From positions 10,470-37,363 of the forward strand of contig CAZNJH010000001.1 of the NCBI GenBank assembly GCA_964573355.1: 26,894 nucleotides of DNA. Direction: 5' to 3'. The notes under the pieces are model-generated. The model saw nothing but the letters and a program-made list of their open reading frames with translations. It had not been told where the DNA came from and made no database searches. The number at the start of each line of letters is the position of its first letter. Positions within the stretch are counted from its first letter, which is position 1. The position numbers and the translations under genes are program-made. This document shows positions 9,331-17,775 of this stretch, one piece after another. Source of the DNA: an uncultured Candidatus Saccharibacteria bacterium. GTDB lineage: Bacteria > Patescibacteriota > Saccharimonadia > Saccharimonadales > UBA7683.

Positions 9331-9945
9331 TTAAGAAAATTCGCGTAGCAACTGCTGCACGGGTTTATAGTTGATCCGATGAAGCGGCAATACACCATAC
9401 TCTTTGAGCGCACTCAAATGCTGTTTAGTACCGTAGCCTACGTGTGATTCAAAACCATACTGAGGATACTTTTGGCCAACTTTTGCCATATAGGTGTCTC
9501 TTGCTACCTTAGCAATGATCGATGCAGCCGAAACAGCAGGTACACTGGCGTCAGCTCGTACGAGTGTGGATATATTTGCACAGATAGTTTGGCATACATC
9601 CTGCTTAGCTTTGTTGTGACAAAAAAAATGGTCGAGATAGTTAATATTACCATCAATAACAACCTGACTGTTTTTCTTAACGAGTCCAGATGCTGCCCGT
9701 TGCATAGCAAGTCGCACCGCTTCGGTTAGTCCTAGCGCATTTATCTCGCGTGGCCACACCCAGCCAATCCCAATGTGCGAGGTCTCATTTTTAATCAACT
9801 CAGCAATATGTACCCGTTTTTTCGAACTAAGCAGTTTTGAGTCAGCTAAATCTGCAATATGTACTGGTGCTTCAAATCCAACAGCTGCAGCAACTAATGG
9901 CCCCGCCCAGCAACCTCTCCCGACTTCATCAATGCCAATAAGCAT
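9331..9945 (-). CDS. rnhB: Ribonuclease HII
   Basis: GIDEVGRG, DSK, IDGN, SAASIIAKVARD and GYGT motifs. Confidence 0.95.
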   Translation of the reverse strand: MLIGIDEVGRGCWAGPLVAAAVGFEAPVHIADLADSKLLSSKKRVHIAELIKNETSHIGIGWVWPREINALGLTEAVRLAMQRAASGLVKKNSQVVIDGNINYLDHFFCHNKAKQDVCQTICANISTLVRADASVPAVSAASIIAKVARDTYMAKVGQKYPQYGFESHVGYGTKQHLSALKEYGVLPLHRINYKPVQQLLREFS

Positions 9946-9951
9946 AGAGTT

Positions 9952-9960
9952 AGTGTATCA
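9952..9960 (-). promoter_or_regulatory. Extended -10 of rnhB (TGaTACACT), 6 nt before the ATG
   Basis: Plus strand AGTGTATCA at 9952-9960, abutting the rplS terminator. Confidence 0.55.
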
Positions 9961-9984
9961 AAAAACCGCCAATATGGCGGCTTT
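9960..9984 (-). terminator. Rho-independent terminator after rplS
   Basis: Minus strand AAAG-CCGCCA-TAT-TGGCGG-TTTTTT, 18 nt after the rplS stop. Confidence 0.85.
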
Positions 9985-10002
9985 GACAGCTCATTGAAGC
10001 AG

Positions 10003-10524
10003 CTACTCTGCTTTTGCTCGATCACCGAGTTTCTCGGCAATTTCAGCTTCTTTAGTGGCTTCAGCTTCAGCTTTTTGAGCCGCTTGTGCTTCATGCTCTT
10101 GTTTTTGCTCTTCATGAATTCGAGCAAGCTCAGCTTCGGCTTCTGGGTCAGTTACATCATTAACTGCTTTCTTATCAAAATCTACGGCGGCAAGTCGCGC
10201 GCTCTTACCACTTCGCTTACGCATATATGTCAGGTAATTACGGCGCACCTTGCTTCGTTTTGTTACCTCAATTTTTTCAACCAAAGGGCTGTGGAGTAAG
10301 AAGCTCTTTTCAACCCCTACGCCACTCGCAATGCGACGAACAGTAATACTACTCGTCATGCTACCTTTGCGATCCGTTCTAATAACAAGCCCTTCGAATA
10401 CCTGCACACGCTCTTTGCTGCCTTCTTTAATACGCTGGTGAACACGAACGGTGTCACCACTACGGACGTCAACAACCTGTTTTTTCTTAAAACTGCTCTC
10501 AATTTTTTCAATTAATGCGTACAT
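10003..10524 (-). CDS. rplS: 50S ribosomal protein L19 (bL19) with C-terminal Glu/Ala/Lys-rich extension
   Basis: GDTVRVH, KERVQVFEG, GVGVEKSF and KVRRNYL motifs; 173 aa versus about 115 aa typical. Confidence 0.97.
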   Translation of the reverse strand: MYALIEKIESSFKKKQVVDVRSGDTVRVHQRIKEGSKERVQVFEGLVIRTDRKGSMTSSITVRRIASGVGVEKSFLLHSPLVEKIEVTKRSKVRRNYLTYMRKRSGKSARLAAVDFDKKAVNDVTDPEAEAELARIHEEQKQEHEAQAAQKAEAEATKEAEIAEKLGDRAKAE

Positions 10525-10571
10525 AACTTGACCACTCTACCTTATTATTACTATTTTTGCAATTACGATAC

Positions 10572-10580
10572 ATTGTATCA
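10572..10580 (-). promoter_or_regulatory. Extended -10 of rplS (TGaTACAAT)
   Basis: Plus strand ATTGTATCA at 10572-10580; leader of about 40 nt containing AAGG. Confidence 0.55.
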
Positions 10581-10665
10581 CATCTGTTAAACTTCAACAA
10601 GCTTAATTGAATTTGATATCAGAAGTGTTCAGCTATTCTTTAAATCTTCTTATTCGTCAATAGTC

Positions 10666-10671
10666 TATACT
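10666..10671 (+). promoter_or_regulatory. -10 box (TATACT) of the malic enzyme gene, 7 nt before the ATG
   Basis: TATACT-GTTATTT-ATG. Confidence 0.6.
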
Positions 10672-10678
10672 GTTATTT

Positions 10679-11812
10679 ATGGATGATATACAACAACAAG
10701 CATTAGAGAAACATAAATCCTTACGGGGAAAAATTGAAGTGACATTGAAAGATCAGCTTGATGAGCTTGATAAATTAAAGCTGTATTATACGCCTGGTGT
10801 TGGTGCGGTTAGCTCGTATATAGCAGCCCATCCGACAGAAGCTCGAGAGTACACATGGCTCAATAACTCAGTTGCGGTTATATCAGATGGGTCAGCGGTG
10901 CTCGGTCTCGGCAATATTGGACCACTTGGAGCACTACCTGTCATGGAGGGCAAGTGCATGCTCTTTAAACAGTTCGCCAATATCGATGCCGTACCTATCG
11001 TGCTTGATGTGCACTCAGCTGATGAGATCGTTGCTACTGTACGGGCAATTGCACCGAGTTTTGGCGCAATCAATCTTGAAGATATTGCGGCACCAATATG
11101 CTTCGAGGTTGAGGAGCGACTCAAAGAAGTCCTGCAAACTCCAATTATGCATGATGACCAACACGGAACCGCAGTTGTGGTACTCGCTGGTCTTATCAAC
11201 GCCATGAAAGTTGTCAAAAAAGAACTATCCAAATGCAAAATCGTACTTGTTGGAGCTGGTGCGGCAGGCGTTGCAATTGCAAGACTGCTACACAAGTATG
11301 CAGCTCCTGAAATTATTGCCGTCGACAGTAAGGGAATCATTGAACCAAGTCGAACTGATTTAAATTCGGAAAAGCGACTATTACTCGACTTTGGGTCTGA
11401 TCTTCAGCCAGGGCCACTTGCTGACGCTGTTCAAGGTGCCGATATTTTTATTGGTGTTTCACAGCCAGGATTGTTAACGCCCGCGATGGTACAAACAATG
11501 GCAAAAGATTCAATAATCTTTGCGCTCGCAAATCCCACTCCAGAAATCTTCCCTGATGAAGCAAAGCGTGCTGGTGCCGCAGTTGTAGCAACAGGCCGCA
11601 GTGATTTTCCCAATCAAGTGAACAATGCGCTCGCCTTCCCTGGAATTTTCCGAGGAGCTCTCGATAATCGAGTTACTAAGATCACTGACGAACATAAAAT
11701 TGCCACAGCAGAAACCATAGCACATTTTGTTACCATGCCCACACCAGACGAAATTATTCCTTCAATTTTTGCAAAAGACCTTACAGCAAAAATTGCAGAT
11801 CAAATTAGATAA
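10679..11812 (+). CDS. NAD(P)-dependent malic enzyme (short type, no PTA domain)
   Basis: YYTPGV, DGSAVLGLGNIG, MEGK, NLEDI, HDDQHGTA, GAGAAG and TGRSDFPNQVNN motifs; 377 aa. Confidence 0.95.
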   Translation: MDDIQQQALEKHKSLRGKIEVTLKDQLDELDKLKLYYTPGVGAVSSYIAAHPTEAREYTWLNNSVAVISDGSAVLGLGNIGPLGALPVMEGKCMLFKQFANIDAVPIVLDVHSADEIVATVRAIAPSFGAINLEDIAAPICFEVEERLKEVLQTPIMHDDQHGTAVVVLAGLINAMKVVKKELSKCKIVLVGAGAAGVAIARLLHKYAAPEIIAVDSKGIIEPSRTDLNSEKRLLLDFGSDLQPGPLADAVQGADIFIGVSQPGLLTPAMVQTMAKDSIIFALANPTPEIFPDEAKRAGAAVVATGRSDFPNQVNNALAFPGIFRGALDNRVTKITDEHKIATAETIAHFVTMPTPDEIIPSIFAKDLTAKIADQIR

Positions 11813-13421
11813 CTCGATTTATCTCTTCTATCGTTGTCTCGCCCGCGAGCACTCGCAAAAGTCCCGCCTGATACATTGTAATCATGCCCTGCTCCATGGC
11901 CTTGGCTTGGATCATATCTGAGGTAGGGATGTGGTACGGATCACGGAGCATAGCCTGAATTTCCGGGGTAACAATAAAGTCTTCAATGATACTGATTCGC
12001 CCTTTATAGCCAAATGGATTTTCTTCTGATTTTCCTGGTTTGAACAAGGTTATTTTTGCCAGATCAGGGACTTGAATATCTTTGGGCAAATTCTTAAGAT
12101 TTTCCCGAATGTGATTCTGTATTGCTTCGTCCGGCTCATAGGCTTGCTTGGTTTTATCATCAAGCCGACGTACTAACCGTTGGCTAATAATAAGCTTGAC
12201 CGAGGAAATCAAAATTGGATTAACACCAATCATGTCAATCATACGAGTAAATGCCTCAGAAGCATTGCCAGCATGGAATGTTGAAAGCACCAAGTGACCT
12301 GTAACGGCGGCCTGTAGCGCGGTACGAGCGGTGTCAACATCACGAATTTCTCCAACCATAATAACATCAGGATCAAGACGCATAACTGCACGAAGTTTAT
12401 TTGCGAAACTATCACCTTGACGGCTATATACAGGTATTTGGCTCATGCCGTCTAGCCCATACTCAACCGGGTCTTCGAGGGTTATGATCTTATTCTTTGG
12501 ATCATTCAATTGCTGCAAAATTGAATACAAGGTGGTGGTCTTACCTGATCCCGTAGGCCCCACCATAAGCACCATTCCATGCGGGTGAGAGACGACTTCG
12601 TCAATCGGCTTACGTTCGCGTTCATTTAAGCCAAGGTTGTCGAGTCGCAGTAATGCGGTGTCCATATTGAATAGACGAACGACAGCATCTTGTCCATACA
12701 GTGTCGGTACAGTTTCAATACGCATATTTAGTATCTTCTCTGTGCCGTCTTCTTTAATAATTCGCTGACTTAAGTGTCCGGTTTGTGCATCTGGTGCCGA
12801 AGTAGATATACCGGCCTTAACAGCAATCGATTGCTGCAACTGACGATACTTTTGGTGAGATATTACCGCAATGAGATGCAGCGCACCGTCTAAGCGAAAG
12901 CGAATCCGAACACCCGCACGAGCGGTCTCAAGATGAATGTCTGAAGCCTCTAGTTTATCGGCTTGGGTAATAACGTAGTCAAGTATGTCATCAGAAAGTA
13001 CCCCCTCTAAGGTCTGCGATACTTGCTGCACGTTGTCACTTGAGCCTTCGTGACTGACCGTGATGTCATCGTAATGCACCTCCTTGGGCGGATCAAATCG
13101 CAGCATGAATTCTTTGAAACCTTGGTTGCTGATCATTACAAAATCGATAAGCTTATCGTTAAAACGATCACGCAGCTTGGTAAGCATCGGCTGAGGCGTA
13201 CCGATTGTTATCGCAAATGTGTAACCGCTACCGCGATCATAAAGTGGTACGAGCTTAGAATCATACATCTCTTGATTTGTAAGAACGCCAGTTACCAAAG
13301 AAACATCCTGAAGTGTGCGGCTATCAAGGTAGGCGATCTTTAACAGATCGGCTCGTTTCTTAGTATTCATCTCTTCATTTTCACGAAATTTAAGATGATC
13401 TGCGGCATCGTTGAAAGACAT
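11805..13421 (-). CDS. GspE/PulE/PilB family secretion or pilus-assembly ATPase
   Basis: ASDIH, Walker A GPTGSGKT, Asp box TLEDPVE, Walker B PDVIMVGEIRD, His box GHLVLSTFH and GYKGR motifs; 538 aa. Confidence 0.93.
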   Translation of the reverse strand: MSFNDAADHLKFRENEEMNTKKRADLLKIAYLDSRTLQDVSLVTGVLTNQEMYDSKLVPLYDRGSGYTFAITIGTPQPMLTKLRDRFNDKLIDFVMISNQGFKEFMLRFDPPKEVHYDDITVSHEGSSDNVQQVSQTLEGVLSDDILDYVITQADKLEASDIHLETARAGVRIRFRLDGALHLIAVISHQKYRQLQQSIAVKAGISTSAPDAQTGHLSQRIIKEDGTEKILNMRIETVPTLYGQDAVVRLFNMDTALLRLDNLGLNERERKPIDEVVSHPHGMVLMVGPTGSGKTTTLYSILQQLNDPKNKIITLEDPVEYGLDGMSQIPVYSRQGDSFANKLRAVMRLDPDVIMVGEIRDVDTARTALQAAVTGHLVLSTFHAGNASEAFTRMIDMIGVNPILISSVKLIISQRLVRRLDDKTKQAYEPDEAIQNHIRENLKNLPKDIQVPDLAKITLFKPGKSEENPFGYKGRISIIEDFIVTPEIQAMLRDPYHIPTSDMIQAKAMEQGMITMYQAGLLRVLAGETTIEEINRVI

Positions 13422-13427
13422 ATCACA

Positions 13428-13433
13428 ATTATA
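13428..13433 (-). promoter_or_regulatory. -10 box (TATAAT) of the PilB/GspE gene, 6 nt before the ATG
   Basis: Plus strand ATTATA at 13428-13433. Confidence 0.65.
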
Positions 13434-13513
13434 CTGGAAAGCACGAGCGTTTTACAGAGAAGAATATATTCAAGCGTTTGGTATTTTACCTTGCATGCTT
13501 CATTATAGTGATT

Positions 13514-14029
13514 ATGCAGATTACGCTTGTCGCACATAACATTCGCAGCGCACATAATGTTGGTGCATTTTTTAGAACCTGCGATGCTCTTGGTGTTCAA
13601 AATATTCTTTTCAGCGGCTACACTCCGTATCCGACATTTGAAGGAGATACTCGCATGCCCCACTTTGCTGACAAAATCACACGGCATATTCACAAAACAG
13701 CGCTTGGCGCAGAAAGCTCAGTTAATTTTGCGTATCATGAGACGATTGAATCAGTACTCTCACTACTTAAAGAGCAACACTCCGTCACCATAGCGCTCGA
13801 ACAATTCCCAGGAAGCCTCTCGCCAGTTGAGTGCGCACAGCAGTTACAAAATACAGTCTACAATGATCGGCCGGTTGCACTTATTATTGGGAATGAAATT
13901 CACGGCGTAGACGATTCTGTATTAAAAAATGTTGATATGATCATGGAAATACCAATGCTTGGTGTAAAAGAATCGCTGAATGTTTCAGTTGCAACTGGAA
14001 TTGCATTGTATACGCTTACTACGACTTAA
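13514..14029 (+). CDS. SpoU/TrmH family RNA methyltransferase
   Basis: HNIRSAHNVGAFFRT, IIGNEIHG, IPMLGVKESLNVSVA motifs. The start is better placed at ATG 13514 (MQITLV) than at TTG 13478. Confidence 0.9.
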   Translation: MQITLVAHNIRSAHNVGAFFRTCDALGVQNILFSGYTPYPTFEGDTRMPHFADKITRHIHKTALGAESSVNFAYHETIESVLSLLKEQHSVTIALEQFPGSLSPVECAQQLQNTVYNDRPVALIIGNEIHGVDDSVLKNVDMIMEIPMLGVKESLNVSVATGIALYTLTTT

Positions 14030-17000
14030 TCGCCACACATTCAGGTTCAAAATATTCATGCAGACGATGTGTGAGCTCTTCTTTGATAGCAATTTTAAAT
14101 GGCATTCTCAACGCTGTTTTAGAATTATTCTCGCCAAGTACAAGTATCAGCTCGTCATCCCCCGGGTGCTCTGAAGCAACCTTCTTGAGGGCACGTAGTT
14201 TTTCGTTATCATTTGGATCCTTAAGGTGTACAAAAAGTTTTGGCTGTGTTGGAGCTGGTGGTCCAGAGCTAGAAATAAGTGGCGGCAATCCAGAGGGCTT
14301 ATCTTTTTTACTTGATGGCGAAGAACCTTTTGGGGGTTTCGGTTTTTTACCCCGTGCTTGATAATTTTTTGCATCAGCTTCTGACACAATATTTGCTTGG
14401 TCGACAATCAATTTCAGTTCCTGGCCAATCGTGCCGTCTCGATCCTTGTAGTTAACTTTACCTTTAGCAAGCACTACCTGATCCTGCTGCCACACTGAGT
14501 TTAATTTTTCATACACACCTGGAAAAACAATGAGTTCACATTCACCCGATTTATCCTCTAGCTTCACGAATGCCATTTTTGAACCAGTCTTTGTGGTAAT
14601 AGAACGAACTGTTGTTACCACACCACCAAGCGTAACAGTTTTGCCTTCCATGGTGTCGTTGACTTCGCTCATAGCCAATGCATTTTCTTCTAAATATTCA
14701 CCAAAACCGTCAAGTGGATGTCGACTGAGATACAATCCAAGCAGCTCTCGTTCAGCAAGCAACATATCGTGTTCCTTCATTTGTTCTGGTGCTTTTTCAA
14801 ACTTAAATTGTGGCGCAATACTCGGTGCCGCACCATCAATGCCGCCAAATAAATCTGCTTGATTGGTCTCTTTTTCTTTATGCAGTTTTGAACCAAGCGC
14901 TAACAAAGCATCGAGATTAAACAAAAGGTCACCACGGCTTTCGTACAGCGAATCAAACGCACCAGATTTAATCAAACTTTCCCACGTTTTACGGTTCACT
15001 TTTCTGGTATCGACACGCTCGACGAAATTAAGCGGGCCTTTGAATTCACCACCATCTTCTCGAACTCGTATGATTTCTTCGACTGCACCCACGCCAACAT
15101 TTTTGATTGCACTCATACCAAAGCGAATTTGATTCTTATTTTTGACTACACCAAATTCTACGAAAGATTCATTAACATCTGGCAGCAAAACTTCTATACC
15201 CATATGTCGACATTCGTTAATCTCGATTGCAAGTCGGTCGATATCATCAGCATCGCTTGTCATTAATGCCGCCATGAATGCATCTGGGTAGTGAGCTTTA
15301 AGATAGGCAGTCCAATACGCAATTAGCCCGTAGCACGCCGCATGCGATTTATTGAAACAGTAATTTGCAAACTCTTCGAGCTGATCCCAGAACTTTTCCG
15401 CCACTGCTTTATCTGCACCACCGACCTTTATGGCACCTTCAACAAAATCGACTTTAACTTTACGCATTAAATCAATATTCTTTTTACCAACTGCTTTTCT
15501 GAGGGTATCAGCTTGACCACCTGTAAAGCCGCACCACTCTTTAGAAATTTGCATAAATTGCTCTTGGTAGACCAATATACCATAGGTATTTTTAAGAGAG
15601 TTTTCCATGCCCGGATGAAGGTATGATATGTTTTTACGACCATGTTTTCGGTCAATAAATTCACTAATAAACTGCATCGGACCAGGGCGATATAATGCGA
15701 CCATGGCGATGATGTCATCAAATACAGTAGGCTTTAGTTCACGCAAGTAGCGTTTCATGCCTGCAGATTCAAGCTGGAACACTCCTGTGGTATCACCTTT
15801 TTGAAACAGTTCGAATGTTTTTGCGTCTTCAAGTGGAATTTCAGAGGGCTCAATGCTCACTTTGTACACGGCTTTGATAATTCGAATGGCATTTCGTAAA
15901 ATCGTCAGGTTTTTTAGTCCCAAAAAATCCATTTTAAGTAGTCCGAGCTCTTCAACTGGCCCCATTGGGTACTGGGTTGATATCACGTCTTGCTTTGTGC
16001 CATCATCAAGCAGAACCTGCTTTTGCGCTCGTTCAAGTGGGATAAATTTTACGATTTCATCTGGCGCGATCACAACGCCGGCCGCGTGCACACCATGCGA
16101 ACGAACAGTACCTTCAAGACGAACCGCAAGATCGATGACACGCTTAGCAGTTGGGTTGTTTTCGTATTCTCTTCGTAAATCGTGATCTTCAACAATACTT
16201 TTAGCAAGGGGGATATGACGACCCTGCACTGGTGGTGGAACAAGCTTCGAAAGCTTGTCAGCTTCGGCATACGGAACTTGCAGCACCCTCGCCACGTCCC
16301 TGATAGCAGCACGAGCAGCCATAGTACCAAACGTCACAATATTTGCCACCCGGTCAGCGCCATACTTCTGAGCACAGTACTGAATCACCTCATTACGTCT
16401 CGTATCCTGGATGTCGATGTCTATGTCAGGCATGCTAATACGATCAGGATTCAAGAACCGCTCAAACAGTAGATCATACTTAATCGGGTCAAGCTCCGTG
16501 ATACGAAGTGCATAGGCGACGATTGAGCCGGCTGCAGAGCCACGTCCGGGACCAAAAATAATTCCTTGATCTTTACCCCAAATTATAAAATCCTGCACAA
16601 TTAAGAAATAGCCATTGAAGCCCATTCTGTCGATAACACCGAGTTCAAACTCGATGCGTTCAACAATTTCATCAGGCACAATACTTTTTGCTTCTTCGTA
16701 GGTAATTTTCTTTGATTTTGCTTCATCAACCTCACAATAGCGCCACACCACACCACGATAAACCAGTAGATGCAGATATGATTTTTCATCAAAAGGTTTC
16801 GGTACTGGAAACTTTGGAATTAAAATTTTGCCAAACTCAAAGTTGAGCTCACATCGATCAGCGATTGCTTTAGTATTAGTGATTACTTCAGGGTGATCCG
16901 TACCCCAGCGCTTGATAATTTCAGTTGCCGATTCAACATGTAGAGGATAATCTTTTAGGCTCATCCTGTCTTGGTCGGCCAAAAATGAACCGGTGCCAAC

Positions 17001-17711
17001 GCATAACAACGCTTCGTGCGCCTCTTGGTCTTCGTGTTTAAGATAGTGGGCGTCACAGGTGACGACCACTGGGATATCAAGCGTTTTCCCAAGCTCAAGC
17101 ACACCTTCGTTAACGGTTTGCTGTTCACTACTATGAATTGGGTTTTGAGGATGACCGTGATCTTGAATTTCTAAATAATATCGGTCACCAAAAATTGACT
17201 TGTACCAGCTGGCAACCTGAGTTGCATCTTCCATACGGCCATCTTTAACCGCCTGTCCAACCTCACCCCCCATGCAGGCACTGAGTACAATCAAGCCCTC
17301 ATTATACTTTTCAAGCAGATCATGATCTACACGCGGGTAATAATAGTACCCGTTTAAATTAGCCTCGGAAGAAAGCCTCATTAAATTCTGATACCCCACC
17401 ATGTTCATTGCAAGAATAATAAGATGAAATCGAGCTTTATCTTTTTGTGGATCTTTATCAGTATGTTTACGTGATGCAACATATGCCTCTATACCAATCA
17501 ACGGCTTAATACCGGCTGCTTTTGATTGTTTGTAAAAATCGATTGCACCAGACAACGTCCCGTGATCGGTTATGGCCACCGCTTGCATGCCATCTTCTTT
17601 GATGTATTCAACAAGTTTTGGAACTTTTGTAAGACCATCAAGTAGGCTGTACTGAGTATGATTGTGTAGGTGCACAAAATCACTGTTGCTAAGCGTTGGT
17701 TTTCCTCCCAT
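14019..17711 (-). CDS. dnaE: DNA polymerase III alpha subunit (DnaE1 type)
   Basis: PHP domain, GRGSAAGS, PDIDID catalytic motif, KMDFLGL, FNKSH, clamp-binding motif QADLF and OB fold; 1230 aa, no intein-sized insertion. Confidence 0.98.
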   Translation of the reverse strand: MGGKPTLSNSDFVHLHNHTQYSLLDGLTKVPKLVEYIKEDGMQAVAITDHGTLSGAIDFYKQSKAAGIKPLIGIEAYVASRKHTDKDPQKDKARFHLIILAMNMVGYQNLMRLSSEANLNGYYYYPRVDHDLLEKYNEGLIVLSACMGGEVGQAVKDGRMEDATQVASWYKSIFGDRYYLEIQDHGHPQNPIHSSEQQTVNEGVLELGKTLDIPVVVTCDAHYLKHEDQEAHEALLCVGTGSFLADQDRMSLKDYPLHVESATEIIKRWGTDHPEVITNTKAIADRCELNFEFGKILIPKFPVPKPFDEKSYLHLLVYRGVVWRYCEVDEAKSKKITYEEAKSIVPDEIVERIEFELGVIDRMGFNGYFLIVQDFIIWGKDQGIIFGPGRGSAAGSIVAYALRITELDPIKYDLLFERFLNPDRISMPDIDIDIQDTRRNEVIQYCAQKYGADRVANIVTFGTMAARAAIRDVARVLQVPYAEADKLSKLVPPPVQGRHIPLAKSIVEDHDLRREYENNPTAKRVIDLAVRLEGTVRSHGVHAAGVVIAPDEIVKFIPLERAQKQVLLDDGTKQDVISTQYPMGPVEELGLLKMDFLGLKNLTILRNAIRIIKAVYKVSIEPSEIPLEDAKTFELFQKGDTTGVFQLESAGMKRYLRELKPTVFDDIIAMVALYRPGPMQFISEFIDRKHGRKNISYLHPGMENSLKNTYGILVYQEQFMQISKEWCGFTGGQADTLRKAVGKKNIDLMRKVKVDFVEGAIKVGGADKAVAEKFWDQLEEFANYCFNKSHAACYGLIAYWTAYLKAHYPDAFMAALMTSDADDIDRLAIEINECRHMGIEVLLPDVNESFVEFGVVKNKNQIRFGMSAIKNVGVGAVEEIIRVREDGGEFKGPLNFVERVDTRKVNRKTWESLIKSGAFDSLYESRGDLLFNLDALLALGSKLHKEKETNQADLFGGIDGAAPSIAPQFKFEKAPEQMKEHDMLLAERELLGLYLSRHPLDGFGEYLEENALAMSEVNDTMEGKTVTLGGVVTTVRSITTKTGSKMAFVKLEDKSGECELIVFPGVYEKLNSVWQQDQVVLAKGKVNYKDRDGTIGQELKLIVDQANIVSEADAKNYQARGKKPKPPKGSSPSSKKDKPSGLPPLISSSGPPAPTQPKLFVHLKDPNDNEKLRALKKVASEHPGDDELILVLGENNSKTALRMPFKIAIKEELTHRLHEYFEPECVAIKS

Positions 17712-17720
17712 ATTACATCT

Positions 17721-17726
17721 ATTATA
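17721..17726 (-). promoter_or_regulatory. -10 box (TATAAT) of dnaE, 9 nt before the ATG
   Basis: Plus strand ATTATA at 17721-17726. Confidence 0.55.
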
Positions 17727-17758
17727 CAGTACAGCCAGCTAAACGGACGGCTTCGAGT

Positions 17759-17764
17759 TATACT
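17759..17764 (+). promoter_or_regulatory. -10 box (TATACT) of recF
   Basis: 11 nt before ATG 17776; divergent from the dnaE promoter within a 64-bp gap. Confidence 0.5.
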
Positions 17765-17775
17765 GGTACGTACTC

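Noticed and set aside
10786-11340. 184-aa antisense ORF in the malic enzyme gene, and similar short ORFs in nusA, pepN, dnaE and gatA
   Set aside because: Typical reverse-complement shadows of real genes.
11805-14029. Short convergent 3' overlaps (malic enzyme/PilB 8 nt; TrmH/dnaE 11 nt)
   Set aside because: Expected in a streamlined genome; no evidence of a regulatory role.
14019-17711. Possible intein or frameshift in dnaE
   Set aside because: The 1230-aa frame is continuous, of normal size and has no splicing motifs. The Pro/Ser/Lys-rich stretch near the C-terminus is a linker.
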